In this document: positions 21,784 to 31,515 of the stretch, piece after piece | Layout: each line of letters begins with the position of its first letter | How positions within the stretch are numbered: the first letter of the stretch is position 1 | DNA from: Candidatus Bathyarchaeota archaeon | GTDB taxonomy: Archaea > Thermoproteota > Bathyarchaeia > 40CM-2-53-6 > RBG-13-38-9 | DNA: 64,000 nucleotides | Reading direction: 5' to 3' | Assembly (NCBI GenBank): GCA_963807605.1 | Contig: CAWECG010000004.1 | Span: 480,001 to 544,000, forward strand | Translations under genes and position numbers: made by a program | The notes under the pieces: model-generated | Databases searched by the model: none | Seen by the model: only the letters and a program-made list of their open reading frames with translations | Told to the model about the DNA's origin: nothing

Positions 21784-22191
21784 GTGTTCAAACTTGACAT
21801 TGAAGAGGCTCTGAAAACTGCATCTGCCACAATACTCATCCTAGTCTTCGCCGCATCATTCCACCAGAACGCCCCACAAGCACCTAGACCCACCCCTGAT
21901 AAGTCCATGAGGTTGATCATCTTTCCTGCTAGGCCAATCCACGTAGCCATTCGGAGAAATACGACGATTCTTGATTTTGATTCTAACTACAACATAATCC
22001 AAAACAGACACACCACAATCGAATTAGCACTTAACGAGAAGAGCTCCGCTCTTTTGAGAGTATCAAAACCGGCGGACTTAATCTGGGGCAGGGATCTGGC
22101 AATTAGGCTACAGAATGGGCGAGCTGACTTGCTCTTGGTAGCGAGGAGGCAAGAATGCGCAGTAGACCTGGGGGGAGAAACTATCAGTTGA
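21784..22191 (+). CDS. Hypothetical protein with N-terminal hydrophobic segment
   Basis: 135-aa ORF whose stop overlaps the next start (TTGA). No family recognised. Confidence 0.5.
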   Translation: MFKLDIEEALKTASATILILVFAASFHQNAPQAPRPTPDKSMRLIIFPARPIHVAIRRNTTILDFDSNYNIIQNRHTTIELALNEKSSALLRVSKPADLIWGRDLAIRLQNGRADLLLVARRQECAVDLGGETIS

Positions 22192-22754
22192 GTCACGAAG
22201 ACACCATAAGGAAGCTAGCGGAGATGAAGGCGTACGTTGAGAAAAAAGTCTCAGAGCTAAACCAAGAGAGTGCTGCGCTGAGTTCCTTCTTGGAGGTAAT
22301 TGATGATCTACTGGCCGAAAGAAGTTTTAGAAGAATAGACATTTCCAAAGAGCACTTAGAGCCTGTAACCCCTCAACATCTCAATCGAGAAAAGGCACCT
22401 ACTCACGAGACCACGATTCTCGCAGCAGAAGGAGCTCAACTCGGAGAAATACATATTGAAGATGACAATGTAACCCTGATTCCGCGTGAGGATATCAAGT
22501 TCGACGTGAACTCTCCACCCCTCCGAGCATTCCTGCTCGCCAGAGTCCTGGAGCCCATGAGAGTCAAAGATGCCGAGTTAGTTAAAGAAGGAAGGCTGCA
22601 GCAAGGAAAGGCACTCACCTATGCAATTGACCAAGACAAAGGAATTCTGCGATCATTAGTCGTCCATAATTTTGGTGATGAAAAAAGACTTTCAGAACTC
22701 AGAAATGCCTTTCGCTGGACATTCAGGAGAATGTATGAGAAAAGCGCTAAATAA
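22188..22754 (+). CDS. Conserved-looking archaeal hypothetical protein (N-terminal coiled coil)
   Basis: Coiled coil, then FDVNSPPL..FL..LRNAFRWTFRRMYEK. TTG start after GGGGGGAG. Confidence 0.75.
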   Translation: MSHEDTIRKLAEMKAYVEKKVSELNQESAALSSFLEVIDDLLAERSFRRIDISKEHLEPVTPQHLNREKAPTHETTILAAEGAQLGEIHIEDDNVTLIPREDIKFDVNSPPLRAFLLARVLEPMRVKDAELVKEGRLQQGKALTYAIDQDKGILRSLVVHNFGDEKRLSELRNAFRWTFRRMYEKSAK

Positions 22755-23000
22755 GCAGAGTTGACTCGATTTCTAGCCTCGAACATTATTTGGATAATCT
22801 CGCGGCAGCATGGAAGCCCTAGAGACAGTCGACACCGTCAGATTAGTATTTGCCACTATCCATCCTTCTCACTTCAACGCTGAGACGTCTGACAACGATT
22901 TTTATTACACTCGGTCACCTCTGAATGATTCTCTCAAAAGAATTAAGTTGACGTAAAGCACAGTAAATGTTGGATACAACACATTAGGAATGATAACTGT

Positions 23001-23429
23001 ATGGCGAATTGGAGAGAGGATCTGAGAAGAACTTTCGAGAATAAAGATGTTCAAAAGAAGAAGAGAAAGTCGGAAACAGAACTTTGGGAAAGGAAGGTTC
23101 AAGACTTCTTCTTATCGACGGTCTCTGTCGCGTTTGAAGAGTTGAAAACTGAACTGGAGAAGTACGGAAGAGAGGTAAGTGTCCGGTGTCTGAAGAACTA
23201 TGCGTCAATAGAGGTGCGGCTGGGAGACATAAGAGAATTGCTCTATTCCTTAAGAGTAGAGTCTTATGATCGTCCCTTGGTTATCGTCGACGCTCACTCG
23301 ACAGACAAAAATACTGAAAAAGGATATGTAACGACGAGTTTTATTGGTCCTGATTATTCCATTATTTCCAAGGAACAGATAATTCAGGGCTTTTTGGACA
23401 CGTATGAGAGAGAGATCCTGAACGAATAG
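23001..23429 (+). CDS. Hypothetical protein
   Basis: 142-aa ATG ORF with natural globular composition. No family recognised. Confidence 0.65.
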   Translation: MANWREDLRRTFENKDVQKKKRKSETELWERKVQDFFLSTVSVAFEELKTELEKYGREVSVRCLKNYASIEVRLGDIRELLYSLRVESYDRPLVIVDAHSTDKNTEKGYVTTSFIGPDYSIISKEQIIQGFLDTYEREILNE

Positions 23430-23563
23430 TGAGTATTAGCCCGCGTTCCCCTTTCGTGACACTAATTACCTTAATTGAACACTACTAGCCTTGAAAACGA
23501 TCAAAACAGAAGGCATTCAGGAGAAAGTTGCAGAACAGCCTTGCCGGATAAGTTGAAGGATTG

Positions 23564-24905
23564 GTGAACTTACCCACCCCTAAAGGGTGTGGGCTTCTCC
23601 CCTTGCGGATAGAGAAGTTCCTGCTTCAGCGACGAAGCATACCCACCAATGGTGGGTAGAGGCTTCATCTCCACAGGCGTGTATTCGGATGGTTCCCACC
23701 CTATTCTTTCCAGTCCTAGACGCCTTATATTGAGTGATGCATTGAAGTCCCTATCAATATTTAGCCCACAATGGGGGCACTTGTGTATCCTCACTGCAAG
23801 AGTCTTAGGAACCTTAGCGCCACATCCACTGCAATCCTGGCTGGTGTTCTGGGATGGTACTTGGATTCGTAGTTTACAGGCGGTTTCAGCCTTGTACCCT
23901 ACCATCATTCCAAATCTTCCCCATGAAGCATCAGCCATATTCTTGGCATTAGGGATCCCCTGCATCAAATCCTGAATATTCAGATCTTCCATGCAGATTA
24001 CATCGTGTTTGTCAACGTGGTATCTTGAGAGTTTGTGCAGGAAGTCATTCCTGCAGTTTGTTATGTCCTCATGGATTGATGCAACCTTGACCTTCTGCTT
24101 CATCCTGTTTCTTGATCCCTTCTTCTTTCTTGATAGCTGCCTTTGCTCTCTTTGGAGTCTCTTCAGTTTTTTGTCGATGTTATGCGGATGAGGGGTCACT
24201 CTTCCATTAGAATCGTAGGCATAGTTTACTATGCCAACATCTACCCCAACAGTTTTGCTTCTGTCCGCTGGCTCAGTATTTATCGGATGGTCATATTCAA
24301 TGGAGGTTATTGCATACCAATTGTTGTTTGCAGAATGTTTGATGATAACCTGTTTGATCTCACCATCAATCTCTCTATGCAGTCTGACTGGAATTTCTCC
24401 TATCTTGCTGAGGTGGAGTAATCCCATCTGTCGTATCTGCTTGGCACCATGCTTGATTGAGAATCCAGATTGGTTGTAGATGAAGGCCTTGAACCATCCA
24501 CGTCCCTTGAATCTTAGCCTCCCAACCTTCCTGCCTTTCTTCTTCATCTGTGAGAGTGCCCTGAGATTGGAGTACAGTTGGTAGAGGACGTATTGCCGTG
24601 TCTTTGAGTGTAGCTTCTCAAGCTCAGGCTTGTATCTGCATAGGGCAGGGATCATCTCTTGTAGAAGTTTCCTGTTTGGCACCTTTACACTGTACCTAAC
24701 TATTCCCAAGAAGTAGTTGTAGAGCCACCGGCAAAGCTCAAGGATTGCAGACATCTCCTCCTCTTGTTCCCTTGTTGGGTAAAGCCTATAGCGTACTGAA
24801 GACTGCATTGTACTCACTAAGTTTTTTGTAAACTCCGCTTATAATGCTGATACCAGTTCGCTTTCATCCCACCCCTAAAGGGTATGGGATTTCCCGCTCA
24901 CCTTT
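23564..24905 (-). mobile_element. TnpB-only IS200/IS605 element, family C copy 2
   Basis: Same ends as the other C copies; TTAA at 24906-24909. Confidence 0.93.
23570..24817 (-). CDS. tnpB: TnpB (family C), intact
   Basis: GVDVG, ICMEDL, DRDFNAS, CSGCG/CPHCG. Confidence 0.96.
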   Translation of the reverse strand: MSTMQSSVRYRLYPTREQEEEMSAILELCRWLYNYFLGIVRYSVKVPNRKLLQEMIPALCRYKPELEKLHSKTRQYVLYQLYSNLRALSQMKKKGRKVGRLRFKGRGWFKAFIYNQSGFSIKHGAKQIRQMGLLHLSKIGEIPVRLHREIDGEIKQVIIKHSANNNWYAITSIEYDHPINTEPADRSKTVGVDVGIVNYAYDSNGRVTPHPHNIDKKLKRLQREQRQLSRKKKGSRNRMKQKVKVASIHEDITNCRNDFLHKLSRYHVDKHDVICMEDLNIQDLMQGIPNAKNMADASWGRFGMMVGYKAETACKLRIQVPSQNTSQDCSGCGAKVPKTLAVRIHKCPHCGLNIDRDFNASLNIRRLGLERIGWEPSEYTPVEMKPLPTIGGYASSLKQELLYPQGEKPTPFRGG

Positions 24906-24922
24906 TTAATTTGACCGGCAAG

Positions 24923-25675
24923 TTAAGCGACCTCTGAAGAAGACTTGCCACTAGCGTACGGTTTACCGACAGTCCTTTGTGTATTAATCTTCCTGATCAG
25001 GACCGGAAGTTCTGCGACGGATTCCAAGATGTAGTCTGCTCCTATTTCGATCAGTTCTTCCTTGCTACCAAGTCCTGTAGTGACTCCTACGGTTGTCGCT
25101 CTAACATAGTTGCCAGAAATTATGTCTGCTACACTGTCACCGACTACAATAGCCTCTTCGGGGTTCACACTCACGCGTTCCATTGCTGAGGTAATGTGGT
25201 GAGGATGCGGCTTGACCTCCACTGATGATCCTCTTGAGGCGAGTAACTCGAAGAATCCCGCGATACCCGTCCTCTTGAGTGTGATAGTCGTGGATCTATC
25301 TCCGTCGGCAGTAAAAAGTACCAGTCTCAGACCCATTCTTGTCAAGTCTTCAAGTGTCTCTCTGACGCGTGGTAGGAGTTTAGTTCTTTCTGCAGCTCGC
25401 AACTCATACTTCTCCAAAATTCCCAGTAAGCCTTCGTGAATTTCTTTGTATGTAGTTTCCAATTTACCGCGACCACTGAGAAAAAGTCTGATTTCTCTGT
25501 CCATTACAAAGATGCTATCATTTGGTGTGAACTTCAGGTCTTGTGGAAGAGCATAGCTCTCAAGAAATTTCAAAGCCTTTGACCTGGCCTTCAGATAGTC
25601 GATGCAGAACTCTACCAGGGTTCCATCAAGATCCAGGAAGATGACTTTGGGAATACATTGATTCTTTATGTTCAT
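24923..25675 (-). CDS. HAD-superfamily hydrolase (phosphoglycolate phosphatase-like)
   Basis: DLDGTL, KPHP, VGDSVADI. Confidence 0.93.
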   Translation of the reverse strand: MNIKNQCIPKVIFLDLDGTLVEFCIDYLKARSKALKFLESYALPQDLKFTPNDSIFVMDREIRLFLSGRGKLETTYKEIHEGLLGILEKYELRAAERTKLLPRVRETLEDLTRMGLRLVLFTADGDRSTTITLKRTGIAGFFELLASRGSSVEVKPHPHHITSAMERVSVNPEEAIVVGDSVADIISGNYVRATTVGVTTGLGSKEELIEIGADYILESVAELPVLIRKINTQRTVGKPYASGKSSSEVA

Positions 25676-25728
25676 GATGGATCATTTCTCCGGGATTCTT
25701 GGTCGATAAGGTAAGAGGCGATCGCTCG

Positions 25729-26961
25729 TTAGTCTGCATGAGACTTTCTTTGATGTGCAACTCTCTCTATCAGCTCGGCGGCGGTGTTTACTGGATCGAG
25801 CTTGAGAGCAAGGTTACCTAAGCTCTCTGCCTTCTGTCTGTACTCGCTTGAGTTGAGAATCGTAGTCAGACATCTCAAAAGACTTTCATCGTTCAACGCT
25901 CTCTGATCCAGCATAACGGCTACGCCAAGTTGTACAGCTCTCTTTGCGTTTCCATATTGTTCTGTATGGTCCGGAGTCGGGATGAGTATGAGAGGTTTGC
26001 TGAAGGCAACAGTCTTTGTGACTATTCCATGTCCTGACCTGCTTATGACGACATCAGCCGCTTTGAGCAGTTTGAAGTGTGTCTGGTCGTCCACCCATTT
26101 ATAACTGCGGACATTCTTCGTAATAGTTGGTATGGTGCTTCCTTTTGGATTCCCGCGAGATATTATGAACTCGTAGTCTTCAGGCATCGTTTGAAATAGG
26201 TCAAAGATGGCTTTAGCCAAGTACTGCCTTTCCACCCTTGGCCCACTTACTGCTGCGTAAACTATGGGGAGTCCTGTTGCAAGAGATAACTCCTTGATTA
26301 TCGCGTCTCTGGTGGGAAGATCTTGAGGAGATCTGTTGACAATAGGCCCAAGATACCGCACCTTGCTTCTGTATCTGCTAGGGATTGCCAGATTCTCTAG
26401 AGATATCGTATTAGGATATGGGAAATCTGGAATGAGTATGAGCTTGCTCTGCGCCCAGACGCCGCCTATAATGGTCCTGACGAAGATCCAAAAGACATTC
26501 GCCTCAAAGAAGAATAACCTATCCATAAGGGATTGCTTTCCGACGCTTGGTTTGCGAACAATTTCCACTCTGAACTGATTTAGCATCAACACTACCGGGA
26601 TTCCTAGGAGTCTTGCAGCGACTATTGACGAAGCGCGTGAGTCAGAGAAAACGACATCTGGCTTGAACATCTTCATGTTTCTAATCTCGACTCTCACCTG
26701 TTTCAGAAATCTCCGAAGACCTAACGAGAGGCCACTCCTAGCTGCTGTCTGTTTGAAGTCGACGGTGCCGTCGCTCTGAACTCTGAATCCGATAGACACA
26801 CTCTCTACAAGCTTGAATCCTCTTGCCTTACCATATGCCAAGCCGTCAAGATAAGTAGAGAATACAGCTTGTGCCCCTCTTGACAGAAGTTCTTCAACTA
26901 TCGGTGTCGTTCTGGTAATGTGTCCCAGACCTATCCCAGAGGGCGAAACATATACCCTCAT
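25729..26961 (-). CDS. GT-B glycosyltransferase (MurG/GT28-like)
   Basis: GIGLGHITR, ISRSGHG, HTEQYGNA. True ATG overlaps the upstream stop (TGATG). Confidence 0.9.
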   Translation of the reverse strand: MRVYVSPSGIGLGHITRTTPIVEELLSRGAQAVFSTYLDGLAYGKARGFKLVESVSIGFRVQSDGTVDFKQTAARSGLSLGLRRFLKQVRVEIRNMKMFKPDVVFSDSRASSIVAARLLGIPVVLMLNQFRVEIVRKPSVGKQSLMDRLFFFEANVFWIFVRTIIGGVWAQSKLILIPDFPYPNTISLENLAIPSRYRSKVRYLGPIVNRSPQDLPTRDAIIKELSLATGLPIVYAAVSGPRVERQYLAKAIFDLFQTMPEDYEFIISRGNPKGSTIPTITKNVRSYKWVDDQTHFKLLKAADVVISRSGHGIVTKTVAFSKPLILIPTPDHTEQYGNAKRAVQLGVAVMLDQRALNDESLLRCLTTILNSSEYRQKAESLGNLALKLDPVNTAAELIERVAHQRKSHAD

Positions 26962-27593
26962 CACTGATGCGACTCTTGGTGTACCCTCTCTACAAGACCT
27001 TTGGGCTCTCTCTCCTTGAAGACGGCTGCTTGGAACTTGAGAACTTCCGTGCCCTTCAGAAGCCACTCATCCGGCGGCAAACCCGCTTTGAGGCAGCAAT
27101 TAGTTAGAAACTCCTGACTATCCCATCCCCATTCCGGTGCAACTTGCGGGAGTAGCAAGCCCCGGCACGCGCCTTTACTTACTATAAGCCCATCCACACC
27201 TACAACCACGTGATTCGGGAGGTCTTCAGGTTTCACTCTAATCTCTTCGGGAGTCGTCAAAACACTAACTTCCACAACAAGATCTCTTTCGAGTTCCTCC
27301 AATGTTACCGGATTGAATCTTGGGTCGCCAGTTGCGGCCTCTATCGCTGACAGTATTGTTGCCTTTACAAGTTGCTCGGTTGGAGTAGGGAAACCTATGC
27401 ATCCTCTCAGCTCGTCAGACACATGATTTGTCAGTGTCACAAAGACTCCACGTTTCTGTGTGAGGTCTTCGGGGGTATCTGGGGGCGGAGTGAGTATCTT
27501 CTTTTCCGACAAGTATTTGGAGATCGCTTCTCTTGAGAGGGCCACTAGAAATCTTCCTTCTTCTACACTTAGGTGGTCCGTGAACTTACCCAC
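26961..27593 (-). CDS. AMMECR1-family protein; 5' end displaced by IS, first codons IS-derived
   Basis: GVFVTL, LRGCIG, DPRF, GLLLPQV, CLKAG. Confidence 0.93.
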   Translation of the reverse strand: MGKFTDHLSVEEGRFLVALSREAISKYLSEKKILTPPPDTPEDLTQKRGVFVTLTNHVSDELRGCIGFPTPTEQLVKATILSAIEAATGDPRFNPVTLEELERDLVVEVSVLTTPEEIRVKPEDLPNHVVVGVDGLIVSKGACRGLLLPQVAPEWGWDSQEFLTNCCLKAGLPPDEWLLKGTEVLKFQAAVFKEREPKGLVERVHQESHQ

Positions 27594-28925
27594 CCCTGAA
27601 GGGTGTGGGCTTCTCCCCTTGCGGATAGAGAAGTTCCTGCTTCAGCGACGAAGCATGCCCACTAATAATAGTGGGCACAGGCTTCATTTCCACAGGCGTG
27701 CATTCGGATGGTTCCCACCCTATTCTTTCCAGTCCTAAACGCCTTATATTGAGTGATGCATTGAAGTCTCTATCAATCTTTAGTCCACAATGGGGACACT
27801 TGTGTATCCTCACTGCAAGAGGTTTAGGAACCTTAGCGCCACATCCACTGCAATCCTGGCTGGTGTTCTGGGGTGGTACTTGGATTCGTAGTTTACAGGC
27901 GGTTTCAGCCTTGTACCCTACCATCATTCCAAATCTTCCCCATGAAGCATCAGCCATATTCTTGGCATTAGGGATCTCCTGCATCAAATCCTGAATATTC
28001 AGATCTTCCATGCAGATTACATCGTGTTTGTCAACGTGGTATCTTGAGAGTTTGTGCAGGAAGTCATTCCTGCAGTTTGTTATGTCCTCATGGATTGATG
28101 CAACCTTGACCTTCTGCTTCATCCTGTTTCTTGATCCCTTCTTCTTTCTTGATAGCTGCCTTTGCTCTCTTTGGAGTCTCTTCAGTTTTTTGTCGATGTT
28201 ATGCGGATGAGGGGTCACTCTTCCATTAGAATCGTAGGCATAGTTTACTATGCCAACATCTACCCCAACAGTTTTGCTTCTGTCCGCTGGCTCAGTATTT
28301 ATCGGATGGTCATATTCAATGGAGGTTATTGCATACCAATTGTTGTTTGCAGAATGTTTGATGATAACCTGTTTGATCTCACCATCAATCTCTCTATGCA
28401 GTCTGACTGGAATTTCTCCTATCTTGCTGAGGTGGAGTAATCCCATCTGTCGTATCTGCTTGGCACCATGCTTGATTGAGAATCCAGATTGGTTGTAGAT
28501 GAAGGCCTTGAACCATCCACGTCCCTTGAATCTTAGCCTCCCAACCTTCCTGCCTTTCTTCTTCATCTGTGAGAGTGCCCTGAGATTAGAGTACAGTTGG
28601 TAGAGGACGTATTGCCGTGTCTTTGAGTGTAGCTTCTCAAGCTCAGGCTTGTATCTGCATAGGGCAGGGATCATCTCTTGTAGAAGTATCCTGTCTGGCG
28701 TCTTTACACTACACCTAACTATTCCCAAGAAGTAGTTGTAGAGCCACCGGCAAAGCTCAAGGATTGCAGACATCTCCTCCTCTTGTTCCCTTGTTGGGTA
28801 AAGCCTATAGCGCACTGAAGACTGCATTGTACTCACTATATTTTTTGTAAACTCCGCTTATAATGCTGATACCAGTTCGCTTTCATCCCACCCCTAAAGG
28901 GTGGGGGATTTCCCGCTCACCTTTT
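27580..28925 (-). mobile_element. TnpB-only IS200/IS605 element, family C copy 3, inside AMMECR1 codon 9
   Basis: TTAA at 28926-28929. Removing the element restores the host reading frame. Confidence 0.94.
27586..28836 (-). CDS. tnpB: TnpB (family C), intact
   Basis: Same motifs as 23570-24817. Confidence 0.96.
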   Translation of the reverse strand: MSTMQSSVRYRLYPTREQEEEMSAILELCRWLYNYFLGIVRCSVKTPDRILLQEMIPALCRYKPELEKLHSKTRQYVLYQLYSNLRALSQMKKKGRKVGRLRFKGRGWFKAFIYNQSGFSIKHGAKQIRQMGLLHLSKIGEIPVRLHREIDGEIKQVIIKHSANNNWYAITSIEYDHPINTEPADRSKTVGVDVGIVNYAYDSNGRVTPHPHNIDKKLKRLQREQRQLSRKKKGSRNRMKQKVKVASIHEDITNCRNDFLHKLSRYHVDKHDVICMEDLNIQDLMQEIPNAKNMADASWGRFGMMVGYKAETACKLRIQVPPQNTSQDCSGCGAKVPKPLAVRIHKCPHCGLKIDRDFNASLNIRRLGLERIGWEPSECTPVEMKPVPTIISGHASSLKQELLYPQGEKPTPFRGG

Positions 28926-28958
28926 TTAAGATTGGATGGCGCTTTTCTCAATATGAAT

Positions 28959-29426
28959 TCACTCCCTAGCTTTCTCTAAGGTCTCCTTTATCTTTCTCCA
29001 GTGGCTTCCTCTCCAGTAGACCTTTGAGCAAGAGGAGCTTGTACATATCCAGAACCTCTTGTATGTTTGATATGTTCGTTTTGGAATCTTGCCTTCAACC
29101 GAGTCTTTTGCCACACGAGCTAAGATTGACCCACATGTTGGGCATCTTGACCGCATTTGGTTGAAAATCAAAGGAAGCTTCAGTTTCTTAGATAGTCTCG
29201 ACAGGGACTGAACAGTTGAGGTCTCCTTTACAAGTACAGCCTTCACGCCTCTTCTCTTAGCCAATCTGAAAAGCTCCACGTCGGCTGTCAAAAGGATCCT
29301 TTCCTCAACCATTGATCTGCGGATCAGTTCGGTATCGTCCTTGACTGGTGCGTACTCAACATCGTAACCTAGAAGCCGCAACCATCTCGAAATGTTTCCG
29401 AGCATTCCATTCGCAAGAAACTTCAC
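28959..29426 (-). CDS. Mut7-C (PIN-like) RNase domain protein
   Basis: KFLANGMLG..WLRLLGYD, RCPTCG, KVYWRGSHW. GTG start overlaps the pyrC stop. Confidence 0.9.
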   Translation of the reverse strand: MKFLANGMLGNISRWLRLLGYDVEYAPVKDDTELIRRSMVEERILLTADVELFRLAKRRGVKAVLVKETSTVQSLSRLSKKLKLPLIFNQMRSRCPTCGSILARVAKDSVEGKIPKRTYQTYKRFWICTSSSCSKVYWRGSHWRKIKETLEKARE

Positions 29427-30769
29427 CCGGGTGCACGCTCCAGGACTTGGCCTACTCCTGGCGGCGCAACGATCTCCCCATTTTCGAATACCATCTGACC
29501 GCCTACAATAACCTTTGAGACTTGGCCTTTGCACCTGTAGCCTGCGAAGGGGGAGTATCTGGCTTTGCTATGAAACTTCTCCGGGTCGATGACGTACTCC
29601 TTTTCGAGATCGATGAGTGTGATATCAGCATCAGCTCCCTCTGTCAGCCCCATTTTTCCTTGGAGGCCGAAGATCTTGGCGGGCCTATGTGCTAGAAGCT
29701 CAACCACTTTTGAGAGGGACAGTTCTCCCTGACTTACCTTGGTAAGCAGTAGGGGGAGGGTGGTCTCTAGTCCTGGCATGCCGGGTTTAATCTCCCTGGC
29801 GTCGGGAGAGCTCTTCTCCGCCAAAGAGTGAGGCGCATGGTCGCTTGCGATCGTTGTGAATTCAAGACTCAGGAATTCTTTCCAGAGGTTTCTTACCTCT
29901 TGAAGATCCCTGAGGGGAGGATCTGACAAGGCCCAACCCTTCAATTCGTCCTGGTTCTTTTTTGAGAGGAGAAGGTGATGTGGAGTGGCTTCGCAGGAGA
30001 CTTGCATGTGTACGCTTCTTGCTCCTTTGATCACATCTATGGATGATGCTAGACTCATATGACACAAATGGACTGTTGCACCAGACTTTCCCGTGATCTC
30101 AAGTATCCTTTTGACGCCTTTGAATTCAGCATCAGGCCCATGAACGTAGGAGTAGTCTTCCAGTCTGAGCGGTTTACCTTTGAACTTTGACATTCTCTCC
30201 TCGATGGTTGCCCTATCCTCTGCGTGAACTGAAATTGGGATCTTCAGCAATGCGCAGGTTGAGAAGGCATCCGTGATCGCAGGGTCGCTGTTTGTATCTA
30301 TTGCAGCCTGAGCATCATTAAGGTACAATTTGAAGGAATACGCGCCCATGTCTCGCATTTTCTCCAACTCTGTTGGATCACCGACCAGCCCCGCATGAAA
30401 TCCTAAGTTCGTGACGATCTTTCCTATCGCTGCGTCGCGTCTTAGCCTGAGATTTGCAGCGGAGTTTGTGGGAGGGACATTGTTCGGCATGTCAAGTACA
30501 GTTGTGAAACCCCCCGCAGCAGCAGCGCAGGTTCCGGTGTAGAAGTCTTCTTTGTAGGCGAGTTGGAGATCGCGTAGGTGGACGTGCGTATCGATGAGGC
30601 CGGGGATGGCCACAAGGCCCTTAGCATTATAATTCTGCTGCGCCCGCGGTAAGCTAGATGTCTTCCCTATCTTTGTGATCTTGCCTTCTTCGATGCTTAT
30701 TCCGCCTTCAATCAGATCGTTGCCGACGAGAAGTCTGGCTCCGACAATGTTCGCGTCGGCTTCAAACAT
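29423..30769 (-). CDS. pyrC: Dihydroorotase (cyclic amidohydrolase family)
   Basis: PGLIDTHVHLR, AAAGGFT, DMPN, EATPHHL, SDHAPH. Confidence 0.88.
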   Translation of the reverse strand: MFEADANIVGARLLVGNDLIEGGISIEEGKITKIGKTSSLPRAQQNYNAKGLVAIPGLIDTHVHLRDLQLAYKEDFYTGTCAAAAGGFTTVLDMPNNVPPTNSAANLRLRRDAAIGKIVTNLGFHAGLVGDPTELEKMRDMGAYSFKLYLNDAQAAIDTNSDPAITDAFSTCALLKIPISVHAEDRATIEERMSKFKGKPLRLEDYSYVHGPDAEFKGVKRILEITGKSGATVHLCHMSLASSIDVIKGARSVHMQVSCEATPHHLLLSKKNQDELKGWALSDPPLRDLQEVRNLWKEFLSLEFTTIASDHAPHSLAEKSSPDAREIKPGMPGLETTLPLLLTKVSQGELSLSKVVELLAHRPAKIFGLQGKMGLTEGADADITLIDLEKEYVIDPEKFHSKARYSPFAGYRCKGQVSKVIVGGQMVFENGEIVAPPGVGQVLERAPG

Positions 30770-30893
30770 CGGAGTAACCTCTGGCAGCGTCGTCTCTTAC
30801 CAATCTAATTAGATCCTTCGCCACAATCCTAGAAACTGAGAAGTGGATATCCATGATAATGAATGGAAATGGACTTATCGCTGAGAGCACCTG

Positions 30894-31475
30894 CTAGTGC
30901 GCCTTCGTCTCCTCCTCCACATCAGACAGGCAGTCGTCGCAATAAAACTGCCCGTCATGCTGGATCAAAGTATCCGACCAATCACCGCAGTCATCACAGT
31001 ATCCCGCCAATCTATTCGGTGTTCTGATTGACTCAGGGGACACAAGTCTCGACCTCTCCGTGAGGACATCGATCATGGCGGGCATTATTCTAAGAATGTC
31101 CTTGCTCGTTATTATTCCCTGAAGCTCTCCTTTGCCGACAACTGCAAGCCTTCTGATCTCGAGTCTACTCATTTTCTTAGCGACCTCTATGATGCTTGCA
31201 TCCCCGTCTATTGTGGCCAGCGGTCTGCTCATGACACTTGAAACGGTGACCTCCCTTGGATGAAGATCTTTTGCGATTACTCTGGTTGCCAAGTCTCTCT
31301 CGGTGATTATTCCTAGGGGTTTGCCTGCTTCATTAACAACTACGACTCCGCTAACTCCTGTCTTCTCCATGAGTTGAGCAACTTTCACTGCACTCTCCTT
31401 GTCTCCTACTGTAAAGACAGGCTTCGACATAACATCCTTCGCTGTGGCGACAGCCTCATCTCCCTCGATTGCCAT
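30894..31475 (-). CDS. CBS-pair protein with C-terminal Zn ribbon
   Basis: Two CBS repeats plus CDDC..CDDC. Confidence 0.92.
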   Translation of the reverse strand: MAIEGDEAVATAKDVMSKPVFTVGDKESAVKVAQLMEKTGVSGVVVVNEAGKPLGIITERDLATRVIAKDLHPREVTVSSVMSRPLATIDGDASIIEVAKKMSRLEIRRLAVVGKGELQGIITSKDILRIMPAMIDVLTERSRLVSPESIRTPNRLAGYCDDCGDWSDTLIQHDGQFYCDDCLSDVEEETKAH

Positions 31476-31515
31476 GATCGATCCTCTCTTTGCGAAGATA
31501 CGACGGAAGAGTTGT

